Positions 16,946 through 25,110 of a stretch of DNA of 37,005 bases are shown piece after piece. This DNA is from Coriobacteriia bacterium (GTDB lineage: Bacteria; Actinomycetota; Coriobacteriia; WRKU01). Under the pieces are notes generated by a model. The model saw nothing but the letters and a program-made list of their open reading frames with translations. It was not told the DNA's origin and searched no databases. A program made the translations under genes and the position numbers. Numbering within the stretch: the stretch's first letter is position 1; each line of letters begins with the position of its first letter. The DNA lies in assembly GCA_009784095.1 (NCBI GenBank), contig WRDL01000002.1, positions 1 through 37,005 on the forward strand. The letters run 5' to 3'.

Positions 16946-17491
16946 CTAAGCGTCGTTGAACTCATAGCCGAGCTTGAGCGCGCGAATGTTCGGCTCAAGG
17001 AGATGGGCCTTTCTCTCGCTGATCGATTTCTTGATCGCCGCTTCGACATCTTTGATGTCGAGACAACCGCTCTCCTTGACTATCACGCCGGTCAAGATGA
17101 CGTTTGCCAAGCCTTTGAGATCGTTATCTTCGGCCATCGTTGTCGCCGGAACCTTGATAAGGCGTACGCCTTCGCGTTCCTGCACATCGGGCACCAGCAT
17201 CTGATCGACGATGATGACGCCACCTTCGACCACGTCGTCCTTGAATTTGTCATAGGAGGGTTGGTTCATGGCGAGCAGGACATCGGGCTCGAGCACGAGC
17301 GGCGAGCCGATCGGCTCCTCTGAGAGCACAACGCTGCAGTTAGCGGTACCTCCGCGCATCTCGGGACCGTAACTGGGAAGCCATGATACCTCGCGTCCTT
17401 CGATCAGACCACCATAGCTGAGCAGTTTCGCGGCGAAGAGCACCCCTTGACCACCGAAGCCGGCAAGAAGAAGGTTATATACCTTTGACAT
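16946..17491 (-). CDS. 2-oxoacid:ferredoxin oxidoreductase, gamma subunit
   Basis: 181 aa. N-terminus [17 protein letters not shown] and [15 protein letters not shown] are typical of the Kor/Vor/Por gamma family. Confidence 0.88.
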   Translation of the reverse strand: MSKVYNLLLAGFGGQGVLFAAKLLSYGGLIEGREVSWLPSYGPEMRGGTANCSVVLSEEPIGSPLVLEPDVLLAMNQPSYDKFKDDVVEGGVIIVDQMLVPDVQEREGVRLIKVPATTMAEDNDLKGLANVILTGVIVKESGCLDIKDVEAAIKKSISERKAHLLEPNIRALKLGYEFNDA

Positions 17492-17495
17492 GACT

Positions 17496-18269
17496 CTACA
17501 CCTCGCTTTCCACTACGGTGTCCCCGTTCGTGCTTACATCTTTGTACACGCCCAAGGGGTAATAGGGGAGCAGATTCTCTTGGAGCCATTCGATCGCTCC
17601 GGGTCCTGAAAGCCCCCAGTTGGTGGGGCAGGTACTCATGACCTCGATGATGCTGTATCCCTTGCCGTCGATCTGGTTTTGGAACGCCTTTTTGATCGCG
17701 CGCTTTGCCTCACGTACGTGCTTTGGTGTGTCGAGCGAGACCCGTTGAGCGAGCGCGACCCCATCGAGCGTCGAGAGCATCTCGACCATCCGGATCGGAT
17801 AACCTTGGGTCTCGACATCACGACCGGTCGGTGATGTCTGTGTGATCTGACCGGGAAGCGAGGTCGGTGCCATCTGACCGCCGGTCATGCCATAGATCGC
17901 GTTGTTGATGAATATGACGACGATGTTCTCGCCGCGGGTCGCGGCATGCACCGTCTCGGCGGTACCGATGCTTGCCAGGTCGCCATCTCCCTGATAGGTG
18001 AAGACGATTGCATCAGGATGTACGCGCTTGACCGCGGTCGCGACCGCCGGCGCGCGTCCGTGCGCCGCCTGCAACATATCGGTGTTGAAGAACTCGTAGG
18101 CAAGTACCGAGCAACCGACCGGCGCGATACCGATCGCGCGATCCGCCAGATCGAGCTCATCAAGAGTCTCAGCGATCAGTCGATGTGCGATTCCATGGGT
18201 GCAACCGGGACAATAGGTGAACGGTTTGTCGCTTAATGATTTGGGACGTTCGAATACCGTCTGAGCCAT
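17496..18269 (-). CDS. 2-oxoacid:ferredoxin oxidoreductase, beta (TPP-binding) subunit
   Basis: 257 aa. CPGCTHG cluster ligands and TPP motif YQGDGDLASIG...NN.IYGMTGGQ. Its start overlaps the alpha-subunit stop by 1 nt (TAATG). Confidence 0.9.
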   Translation of the reverse strand: MAQTVFERPKSLSDKPFTYCPGCTHGIAHRLIAETLDELDLADRAIGIAPVGCSVLAYEFFNTDMLQAAHGRAPAVATAVKRVHPDAIVFTYQGDGDLASIGTAETVHAATRGENIVVIFINNAIYGMTGGQMAPTSLPGQITQTSPTGRDVETQGYPIRMVEMLSTLDGVALAQRVSLDTPKHVREAKRAIKKAFQNQIDGKGYSIIEVMSTCPTNWGLSGPGAIEWLQENLLPYYPLGVYKDVSTNGDTVVESEV

Positions 18270-19339
18270 TATGCATCACCGCCTTTCTCAGCGTTGAGCT
18301 TTTCAACTTGCTCAAGGACCTCGTTCGGTGTCGGGATGATACCACCGGTGTGTCCGAAGAACTCGACCGGAGCACGCCCGGCGACGACGAGGCAGACATC
18401 TTCGACCATCTGGCCCATGTTCATCTCGACGGTCAAGAACGCTTTCGCTTGGTCGACGACTTCTTCGATCGCGTCTGACGTGAACGGGACGAGTGTGATC
18501 GGACGGATCAGCCCGACCTTGATGCCGGCTTCGCGCGCTTTATCGACTGCGGTACGTGAAACACGGGCGCATGCGCCGAATGCGACGATGATGATATCGG
18601 CGTCCTCGGTCATATAGGTCTCGGCCTGCTGCTCATTCTCCTTGATCTTCTCGTAGCGCTCGAAACGCTCGAAGTTCATGCGCTCGAGACCCGGAGTGTC
18701 CAGATTAAGTGAGTTGATGACGTTCTGCGCACGCTTGCCACCATGTCCGGTGACCGCCCACGGCTTGTCTTTCTTCGTCTCTTTTTTCTCGGGGAGCTCG
18801 ACGGGCTCCATCATCTGACCGAGCATACCGTCGATCAGAACGATGACCGGAGTGCGATACTCATCAGCCAGCTCGAACGCTTCGTGGATCGAGCTTGCCA
18901 TCTCTTGGACGGTCGAGGGAGCGAGCACGATCGGATGGAAGTCTCCATGACCGGTCGCGCGCGTCGCCTGCCAGTAGTCGGCTTGCGAGGGCTGGATACC
19001 GCCGAGTCCGGGACCGCCACGCATCACGTTGACGATGACCGCGGGAAGGTCGGCTCCGGCGATATAGCTGATACCCTCGGATTTGAGCGACATACCGGGG
19101 CTTGAGGTCGAGGTCATACAGCGCGCGCCGGCACCCGCCGCGCCATAGACCATATTGATCGCGCCGATCTCACTTTCAGCTTGCAGATAGACACCGCCCT
19201 CTTTGGGCATTCGCTTGGCCATGTAGGCCGCTAGTTCGGTCTGCGGAGTGATCGGGTACCCGAAGAACGCTTCGCAACCGGCGCGCAGAGCGGCTTCAGC
19301 CAAAGCTTCATTGCCTTTCATCAATACTTTGTCAGCCAT
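18269..19339 (-). CDS. 2-oxoacid:ferredoxin oxidoreductase, alpha subunit (KorA/VorB-like)
   Basis: 356 aa. N-terminus KVLMKGNEALAEAALRAGCEAFFGYPITPQTE is typical of the alpha subunits of 4-subunit OFORs. RBS AAGGAGA. Confidence 0.9.
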   Translation of the reverse strand: MADKVLMKGNEALAEAALRAGCEAFFGYPITPQTELAAYMAKRMPKEGGVYLQAESEIGAINMVYGAAGAGARCMTSTSSPGMSLKSEGISYIAGADLPAVIVNVMRGGPGLGGIQPSQADYWQATRATGHGDFHPIVLAPSTVQEMASSIHEAFELADEYRTPVIVLIDGMLGQMMEPVELPEKKETKKDKPWAVTGHGGKRAQNVINSLNLDTPGLERMNFERFERYEKIKENEQQAETYMTEDADIIIVAFGACARVSRTAVDKAREAGIKVGLIRPITLVPFTSDAIEEVVDQAKAFLTVEMNMGQMVEDVCLVVAGRAPVEFFGHTGGIIPTPNEVLEQVEKLNAEKGGDA

Positions 19340-19413
19340 GATTTCTCCTTAGTCACATCTCTGGTCGATGTATATGTTTTTCATTCGTGGACCCATGCAA
19401 AGCAGATGCTTCC

Positions 19414-19635
19414 CTAGGTCACATCTGTCTTTACTACCGTGATAGCGACATCAGGACAGATCGTCGCACAGGATAGGCATACGGTGCACTCATCAGGATC
19501 CGAACACATCGCCGGATGATACCCCTTTGCAGAGAGAGTATCCTCGTCGAGTTTCATGATCTTTTGAGGGCATACTTCGACGCAGAGACCGCAGCCTTTA
19601 CAATACGTCTCGGAAACAATAATCTGAGCTGCCAT
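19414..19635 (-). CDS. 4Fe-4S ferredoxin-type delta subunit of the 2-oxoacid:ferredoxin oxidoreductase
   Basis: Two cluster motifs, CKGCGLCVEVCP and CTVCLSCATICP. The track start is 19641 (MIMAAQ...), but the GGGGGA RBS abuts that ATG, so ATG 19635 (6-nt spacing) is more likely. Confidence 0.8.
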   Translation of the reverse strand: MAAQIIVSETYCKGCGLCVEVCPQKIMKLDEDTLSAKGYHPAMCSDPDECTVCLSCATICPDVAITVVKTDVT

Positions 19636-19827
19636 AATCATTCCCCCTACCTACGCGTATGTGTGCGCGTGTGTGCTCGCAGATTTGTTGTTAATTTATT
19701 AGGATACCGCTACTTGTGTTTGTTGTGGGAGAAATGAACGAGAAAAATTTGTGGGAATATCCTTGTCACGCATAAAGAGGCGCGCCATGTATCGCAACAC
19801 GCCTCCGAAATATTAAGCGTAAGGGAT

Positions 19828-21279
19828 CTAGATCAACTCGATATCGAAGAAGTCCTCTTCATCCTCGACCATCTCATCGAAGGTCTCGTCGATGACCTCT
19901 TCGATGTACTCCGCGTCGTATCCTGCCACTTCCTCGACGTCATTGCGGCGGTTCCACCACCAATACGCGATTGCAGCGAGCATCGCTGCGATTCCCAGTC
20001 CGAGCACTACCCAGATCCACGGGTCGATCTCGATCTCGTCACCGGTCGGCGGTATGGTCGGCTGCGTCCCCGGTGTTTGTGAGACCCAATGGGCGTAGAG
20101 CGTCATGTTGCCGACCACGACGTCGTGGGCCCAATCCCAAAGGACCCCGCTCTTTGGTGCGGTCCACCATCCCATGAGGGTATGACCCGGTTTCTCGCTC
20201 ACGGCGATCGCTGAGGGGTCGAGCCATTCGAGCGTCTTGCCGACAGGTACGGTGATCGTTTTGACCGGATCACCGTTCATCGGGTCGAGCGTGAGGGTCG
20301 CGGGCTCCATGACATCGACGTTGATTGCAAGGTGATGCTTCCCGACCGTCATGTGTACCATGGTCGATCCGGGAGCGAATGCGGTGATATGACCTTCATC
20401 GTCGACCGATGCGATCGCAGCGTCGTTCGAGCTGTAACTCGGTTGGGGAAAGCTTGTGTTTTCTGGAAGAACGCTCACGCCGACTGTCACGTTCTCCCCC
20501 ACATACATTGAGAGTGCGGTCTGCTCGACCGTTACGGTCGTAGCCGGGATCTCTGGACCGAAGTGTCCTTCAGGGCCCGGCGTGACACCGCCGAAATCAG
20601 GGTTGATGACAGAAGATATCGATGCGTCAGCATCAACGATCCGCTCGATGTCGCCACCGAGGGTCCACGCGACACTTGTGCTCGCATCAGCGGCGAATGT
20701 GAGGCCGGTGGGAAGATCGCCTCCCCTGGAGCTGATCCCGATGCCGTACCACGTGCTGAGGTAAGGATCCTCACTTACCACGTTGAGATTGTTCTTGACG
20801 ACCACCTGGGAAGCGTTGATCACCAACGGAGCTCCCCCGATCGCAGCACTCGCTTGCGAGCGGTCGAGAATGACATTTGAGAGGGTGACGCTGCTTGCAC
20901 CCACCGCAGGAGTCGAAGAGGACACGTTCAGTATATGGGAGTTCTTCGATCCTCCCAAGAGTTGGACATGCGTGAAAGTGACCTCGCTGTTAACGACAGA
21001 GATGAGCTGGCATGGGTTGTTGATGCCGGAGCGTGCACCCACTTCGAAATCTGCAGAAGCGGTGATCTTGTGGTCATCTCCATCGATGACCACATTGCTC
21101 AGATCCTTGACAAGGAGCTGATAGTCGAGCTCGATGTCATCGGTCAGCTCGATCCGCGCACCGTTGACCAATGCAGCGCGCAGCTCAGTGGGATTTGAGA
21201 CGGGAGTGACCGCGAACGCAGGGGCGCACACAAGCATGAACGCAGTGGTCACCCCTAAAAGAAGAGCAACACGTTTCAT
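19828..21279 (-). CDS. Secreted cell-surface protein: signal peptide, beta-helix-like region, Big_2-like Ig domain, Listeria-Bacteroides (Flg_new)-type repeat, IPPTG plus TM plus NRRN, then an acidic tail
   Basis: Start trimmed to ATG 21279 (MKRVALLLGVTTAFMLVCAPAFA), preceded by GGAGAAGGGAAG. Ig-like segment VTVEQTALSMYVGENVTVGVSVLP...ASVDDEGHITAFAPGST. Repeat GHTLMGWWTAP...VGNMTLYAHW. C-terminus IPPTGDEIEIDPWIWVVLGLGIAAMLAAIAYWWWNRRN followed by 37 acidic residues. Confidence 0.75.
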   Translation of the reverse strand: MKRVALLLGVTTAFMLVCAPAFAVTPVSNPTELRAALVNGARIELTDDIELDYQLLVKDLSNVVIDGDDHKITASADFEVGARSGINNPCQLISVVNSEVTFTHVQLLGGSKNSHILNVSSSTPAVGASSVTLSNVILDRSQASAAIGGAPLVINASQVVVKNNLNVVSEDPYLSTWYGIGISSRGGDLPTGLTFAADASTSVAWTLGGDIERIVDADASISSVINPDFGGVTPGPEGHFGPEIPATTVTVEQTALSMYVGENVTVGVSVLPENTSFPQPSYSSNDAAIASVDDEGHITAFAPGSTMVHMTVGKHHLAINVDVMEPATLTLDPMNGDPVKTITVPVGKTLEWLDPSAIAVSEKPGHTLMGWWTAPKSGVLWDWAHDVVVGNMTLYAHWVSQTPGTQPTIPPTGDEIEIDPWIWVVLGLGIAAMLAAIAYWWWNRRNDVEEVAGYDAEYIEEVIDETFDEMVEDEEDFFDIELI

Positions 21280-21403
21280 GTCCACTTCCCTTCTCCCCAC
21301 ATAACGGTCACTGAGAACAGTTCAATGACCATTCATTGACAACTCAATGGTAGCAAACAAACCCGAATCGTTCACACACGTTGTATAAACGGCACCGGAG
21401 AGC

Positions 21404-21528
21404 GAGACAGTAGGGTCGGTTCCTTTCGTCTCACTCCATTCAAAAGAAAGTGTGCCAAGAAGGTTCACCCTTCTCGGCACACGTGCGCTTGAGCTTAATG
21501 GGACGAAAGGAACCGCCCCTACTGTCTC
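21404..21528. repeat. Long inverted repeat (29-bp arms) of the GTAGGGTCGGTTCCTTT family, enclosing a terminator hairpin
   Basis: Left arm 21404-21432 is GAGACAGTAGGGTCGGTTCCTTTCGTCTC. The reverse complement of right arm 21500-21528 is GAGACAGTAGGGGCGGTTCCTTTCGTCCC (27 of 29 match). The right arm overlaps the secY stop codon (21527-21529). Confidence 0.88.
21436..21482 (-). terminator. Rho-independent terminator downstream of secY
   Basis: The minus strand reads GTGTGCCGAGAAGG-GTGAA-CCTTCTTGGCACAC (14-bp stem with one G-U), followed by TTTCTTTTG. Confidence 0.8.
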
Positions 21529-22792
21529 ACTTGAAAAAGCCGTCGTAGTGACGCATCTTGAGCTGCGACTCGATCTGAGTCATCGTCTCGAGCGCGACAC
21601 CGACCATGATCAAGATCGACGTTCCGCCGAACTGCATGATCAACGGATTGTTCGTCGCCGCGAACAATACCGACGTACCGATCGCGATGATACCGAGGAA
21701 CAACGCGCCGGGCAGAACGATACGGTTCATGACCGTCTCGATGTACTTGATGGTCTGGCCACCGGGGCGCACACCGGGGATGAACCCACCCTGCTGACGA
21801 AGATTATCGGCAAGATCGATGGGGTTGAATACCAACGCAGTGTAGAAATAACTGAAAAACACGATCAGGATGAACGTCAAGATCCAGTTGATAGGACCTT
21901 GTGCCACCGCGTTCGCGAAGTTCTGGAACCACTCAGCCTTGATCAGCAGCGCAAGCTGAGATGGTATCGAGAGGAACGCGCTCGCGAAGATGATCGGGAC
22001 TACGTTCGCGCCGTTTACCTTCAGCGGGATGTAAGTGCTCGAACCACCCATGACACGGCGTCCGACGACTCGTTTCGCGTAGTTGACCGGAATACGACGC
22101 TGACCGCGATCGATGTAGATGACCGCCATGATGACGAGCAGGATCGACGCGATGATTATCGCAGTGAGGACATAGCTCCACGCACCGGTGCCCGACATGA
22201 GCGCCTGAGCGAGAGCGGTGGGAAAACGTGACACGATACCGACGAAGATGAGCAGCGACATACCGTTACCGATACCACGCTGGGTGATAAGCTCGGCAAG
22301 CCACATGATCAGCGACGTACCGGCGACCAACGTGATGATGATGACGCCGACGGTGATCCAACGAGGCAATGTACTCATCGCGACCGCACCCGAGAAGACC
22401 GTACCGATGAAGCCGACCGCTTCGATGGTCGCGATACCGATCGTCAGATAACGTGTGTACTGCGTGATCTTGCGCTGCCCGGACTCGCCCTCTTTGGAGA
22501 GCGCCTCAAGCGCCGGAATGGCGGCTTGGAGCAGTTGCATGATAATGCCCGCAGTAATGTAGGGCATGACACCCAGACTGAACACACTCATGCGCGCAAG
22601 CGCATCACCACTGAACAGATTGAGCATACCGAGTGCCGGTAAGTTTTCGAGTGTTGCCTGTATAGCAGCGGCGTCCACTCCGGGGACCGGAATGTGTGCA
22701 CCGATACGATAGAGGACCAGAATGGCAAGGGTGAACAGGATCTTTTTACGAAGATCGGGGACCCTGAATGCATTGGCGATAGCACTAAACAC
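21527..22792 (-). CDS. secY: Preprotein translocase subunit SecY
   Basis: 421 aa, multi-TM. N-terminus FRVPDLRKKILFTLAILVLYRIGAHIPVPGVD. Sits after rplO. Confidence 0.95.
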   Translation of the reverse strand: MFSAIANAFRVPDLRKKILFTLAILVLYRIGAHIPVPGVDAAAIQATLENLPALGMLNLFSGDALARMSVFSLGVMPYITAGIIMQLLQAAIPALEALSKEGESGQRKITQYTRYLTIGIATIEAVGFIGTVFSGAVAMSTLPRWITVGVIIITLVAGTSLIMWLAELITQRGIGNGMSLLIFVGIVSRFPTALAQALMSGTGAWSYVLTAIIIASILLVIMAVIYIDRGQRRIPVNYAKRVVGRRVMGGSSTYIPLKVNGANVVPIIFASAFLSIPSQLALLIKAEWFQNFANAVAQGPINWILTFILIVFFSYFYTALVFNPIDLADNLRQQGGFIPGVRPGGQTIKYIETVMNRIVLPGALFLGIIAIGTSVLFAATNNPLIMQFGGTSILIMVGVALETMTQIESQLKMRHYDGFFK

Positions 22793-22794
22793 GG

Positions 22795-23238
22795 TTACTC
22801 GACCGTCCCTCCTGCTTTTTCGATCTTTTCTTTGGCTGACGCGGAGACCTTATCGACCTTGACCGTCAGATCCTTACTCAGATCTCCGGCTCCCAACACC
22901 TTGACCGGTAACTTGACCGCCGACTTGATGATACCTTTTTCGGCCAACACATCAGCGGTGATCTCATCACCTGACTCGAATACTTCGTCGAGCCTGCCAA
23001 CGTTGACGATGGCATATTCTTGGCGATTACGGTTGGTAAAGCCACCCAACTTCGGAAGACGCATGTACAGCGGAAGCTGTCCACCCTCGAATCCGGGACC
23101 CTTGGTACCGCCGGCGCGTGACGCTTGACCGTCCTGACCGCGACCGGATGTCTTACCCAGACCTGAACCGTGTCCACGACCGACGCGCTTGCGCTTCTTG
23201 GTGGAGCCGGGAGCGGGTGATAAATCGTGCAATTCCAT
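22795..23238 (-). CDS. rplO: 50S ribosomal protein L15
   Basis: 147 aa. [26 protein letters not shown] motif and operon position. Confidence 0.95.
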   Translation of the reverse strand: MELHDLSPAPGSTKKRKRVGRGHGSGLGKTSGRGQDGQASRAGGTKGPGFEGGQLPLYMRLPKLGGFTNRNRQEYAIVNVGRLDEVFESGDEITADVLAEKGIIKSAVKLPVKVLGAGDLSKDLTVKVDKVSASAKEKIEKAGGTVE

Positions 23239-23240
23239 AA

Positions 23241-23426
23241 TTAGACCTCTTCAACCTCTACGAGATGCTTCACTTTGAAGACCATACCGCGAATGACCGG
23301 AGTATCGTCTTGGATCACGCTTTGACGGATCTTGCGAAGGCCGAGCGCACGCAACGTCGCCCCTTGGTCCTTCTTTTTTCCGATCGGGCTTTTGATCTGC
23401 GTTATTTTCAGTTGCTTCTTTGCCAT
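23241..23426 (-). CDS. rpmD: 50S ribosomal protein L30
   Basis: 61 aa. [11 protein letters not shown]....[13 protein letters not shown] pattern and operon position. Confidence 0.93.
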   Translation of the reverse strand: MAKKQLKITQIKSPIGKKKDQGATLRALGLRKIRQSVIQDDTPVIRGMVFKVKHLVEVEEV

Positions 23427-23433
23427 TATCTGT

Positions 23434-24129
23434 CTAGACCTCCTCGACGCTTACCGCCGGCGCTTCAGGCTCAACTTTAGCGACGACCACGGTCTCCTCG
23501 ACCGGCTCTACCGCGCGGGGCACTTCGTCGACCGGGACCCAGACCGTCTCGTCTGCAGTCTCGACCGTGTCGATGCCGTCTGCAGCGGTCACCGCTTCGG
23601 TCGTCTTGACCGCTTCTGCCGGTTTGATGCGGAAGAGCTCTTCGATCGTCTTTCCACGACGACGCGCAACATCCTTAGAGAATTGCATGCTCCTCAGTCC
23701 CTCGGCGGTCGCCTTGACGACGTTGACCGGGTTGGATGAGCCGAGTGATTTGGTCAGCACATCGGTGTAGCCCGCCAGCTCGAGGACCGCACGAGCCGGA
23801 CCACCGGCGATGACTCCGCAACCGGGAGCAGCAGGTTTGAGGACCACGCGCGCGGCGCCGAACTCTCCGACCGTCTCATGGGGGAGCGTGCCGTTGATCA
23901 CCGGAACGGTGAACATATTCTTCTTCGCGTCATCGATCGCCTTCTTGATCGCATTGGGTACCTCGGAGCTTTTACCCATACCGATACCGATGCGACCTTC
24001 ACGATCGCCGACGACCACGAGTGCGGACAGCGAGAAGCGACGTCCACCCTTCACGACCTTCGAGACGCGGTTGATATACACTACTTTTTCCTGAAGCTCC
24101 GAAACCGGTGCTACATTGCGAGCCATCAC
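23434..24129 (-). CDS. rpsE: 30S ribosomal protein S5, with a roughly 60-aa acidic/Val-rich C-terminal extension
   Basis: 231 aa. Core [27 protein letters not shown]...[10 protein letters not shown], then an extension to the stop. The second ATG at 24126 has better RBS spacing (TAGGAGG). Confidence 0.93.
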   Translation of the reverse strand: MMARNVAPVSELQEKVVYINRVSKVVKGGRRFSLSALVVVGDREGRIGIGMGKSSEVPNAIKKAIDDAKKNMFTVPVINGTLPHETVGEFGAARVVLKPAAPGCGVIAGGPARAVLELAGYTDVLTKSLGSSNPVNVVKATAEGLRSMQFSKDVARRRGKTIEELFRIKPAEAVKTTEAVTAADGIDTVETADETVWVPVDEVPRAVEPVEETVVVAKVEPEAPAVSVEEV

Positions 24130-24135
24130 TACCTC

Positions 24136-24504
24136 CTAGAACTTCAGGCCGGCGCTGCGCGCGCCGTCCGCTAAAGCTTGAACTCGACCGTGATAGATGC
24201 GACCGCCGCGGTCGAACACCACGTCGGTGATCCCCGCATCGATCGCGCGTTTTCCGAGAGCCTCGCCTACCAGCTTCGCGGCTTCCTTGTTGCTGCCGAT
24301 CCCATCCTTTTTCAGGATGCCCGGCTCCTTGGTGCTTGCAGCGGCCAGCGTATGCCCATTGATGTCATCGATGAGCTGAGCCGCGATATGTGCATTGGAA
24401 CGCGTAACCCGAAGACGCGGGGTCGCTGCGGTCCCACTGATCTTAGAGCGCACCCGCGTCTGGCGACGCTTCAGCCCGGCACTCTTCTTCTTTGTATTCG
24501 ACAT
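24136..24504 (-). CDS. rplR: 50S ribosomal protein L18
   Basis: 122 aa. [19 protein letters not shown]...[20 protein letters not shown]. Confidence 0.95.
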   Translation of the reverse strand: MSNTKKKSAGLKRRQTRVRSKISGTAATPRLRVTRSNAHIAAQLIDDINGHTLAAASTKEPGILKKDGIGSNKEAAKLVGEALGKRAIDAGITDVVFDRGGRIYHGRVQALADGARSAGLKF

Positions 24505-24555
24505 TTACGTGAACCCTTTCTTTTCCTATTAAAAGACCATCGCTGATCCGGCGCG

Positions 24556-25092
24556 CTACTTAGCGGCCTTACCCAGCTTACGTCTGACATATTCACCTTC
24601 ATAGCGGATACCTTTGCCTTTGTAAGGTTCGGGTTTGCGCCACTTGCGGATATCAGCAGCCACCTGACCGACCTGTTGCTTGTCGATACCTTTGATCGTG
24701 ATCTGTGTCTGCGTGGGGACTTCGAATGTGATGCCCTCCTCAGCCTTGATATGCACCGGATGAGAGAAACCCAGCGCGAGCTCGATATCCGAGCCCTTCA
24801 ACGTCGCGCGGTAACCGACACCGACGATCTCGAGCTTTTTCTCATACCCTTCGCTCACACCGACGACCATGTTGTTGATCAACGTGCGAGCAAGACCATG
24901 CTGACTGCGCGACTCACGCCCGTCATCTGCGCGGGTAACGATGATCTCGTTATCCTCTTGGGTGACCGTGATCAAAGGCGAGATCTCTTGAGAGAGCTCT
25001 CCCTTCGGCCCCTTCACCGTAACATGGGTACCCTCGATGGTCACCTCAACGCCCGAGGGGACGGGAATAGGCATTTTTCCAATACGTGACAT
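24556..25092 (-). CDS. rplF: 50S ribosomal protein L6
   Basis: 178 aa. [17 protein letters not shown]...GVGYRA...[11 protein letters not shown]. Confidence 0.95.
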   Translation of the reverse strand: MSRIGKMPIPVPSGVEVTIEGTHVTVKGPKGELSQEISPLITVTQEDNEIIVTRADDGRESRSQHGLARTLINNMVVGVSEGYEKKLEIVGVGYRATLKGSDIELALGFSHPVHIKAEEGITFEVPTQTQITIKGIDKQQVGQVAADIRKWRKPEPYKGKGIRYEGEYVRRKLGKAAK

Positions 25093-25110
25093 CGCTTTGC
25101 CGTTCCTTTC

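Noticed and set aside
19642-19827. Small ORFs in the spacer upstream of the oxidoreductase operon: a 29-aa minus-strand ORF starting at the ATG in GATACATGGCG, and a 13-aa plus-strand ORF MNEKNLWEYPCHA.
   Set aside because: RBS spacing is wrong (about 14 nt and about 2 nt respectively), and there is no supporting signal. The region more plausibly holds the terminator of the surface-protein gene (GAGGCGTG...CGCGCCTC then TTTATG) and the operon promoter, neither of which I can place confidently.
14357-21526. The inserted block as an integron cassette array (the hairpin repeats as attC sites), a transposon or MITE, or a prophage remnant.
   Set aside because: The window has no intI, transposase, recombinase or phage genes. 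I could not find the attC R''/R' core sites (RYYYAAC/GTTRRRY) in the arms, and no target-site duplications flank the elements. Repeat-mediated recombination remains the only model I can support, and only as inference.
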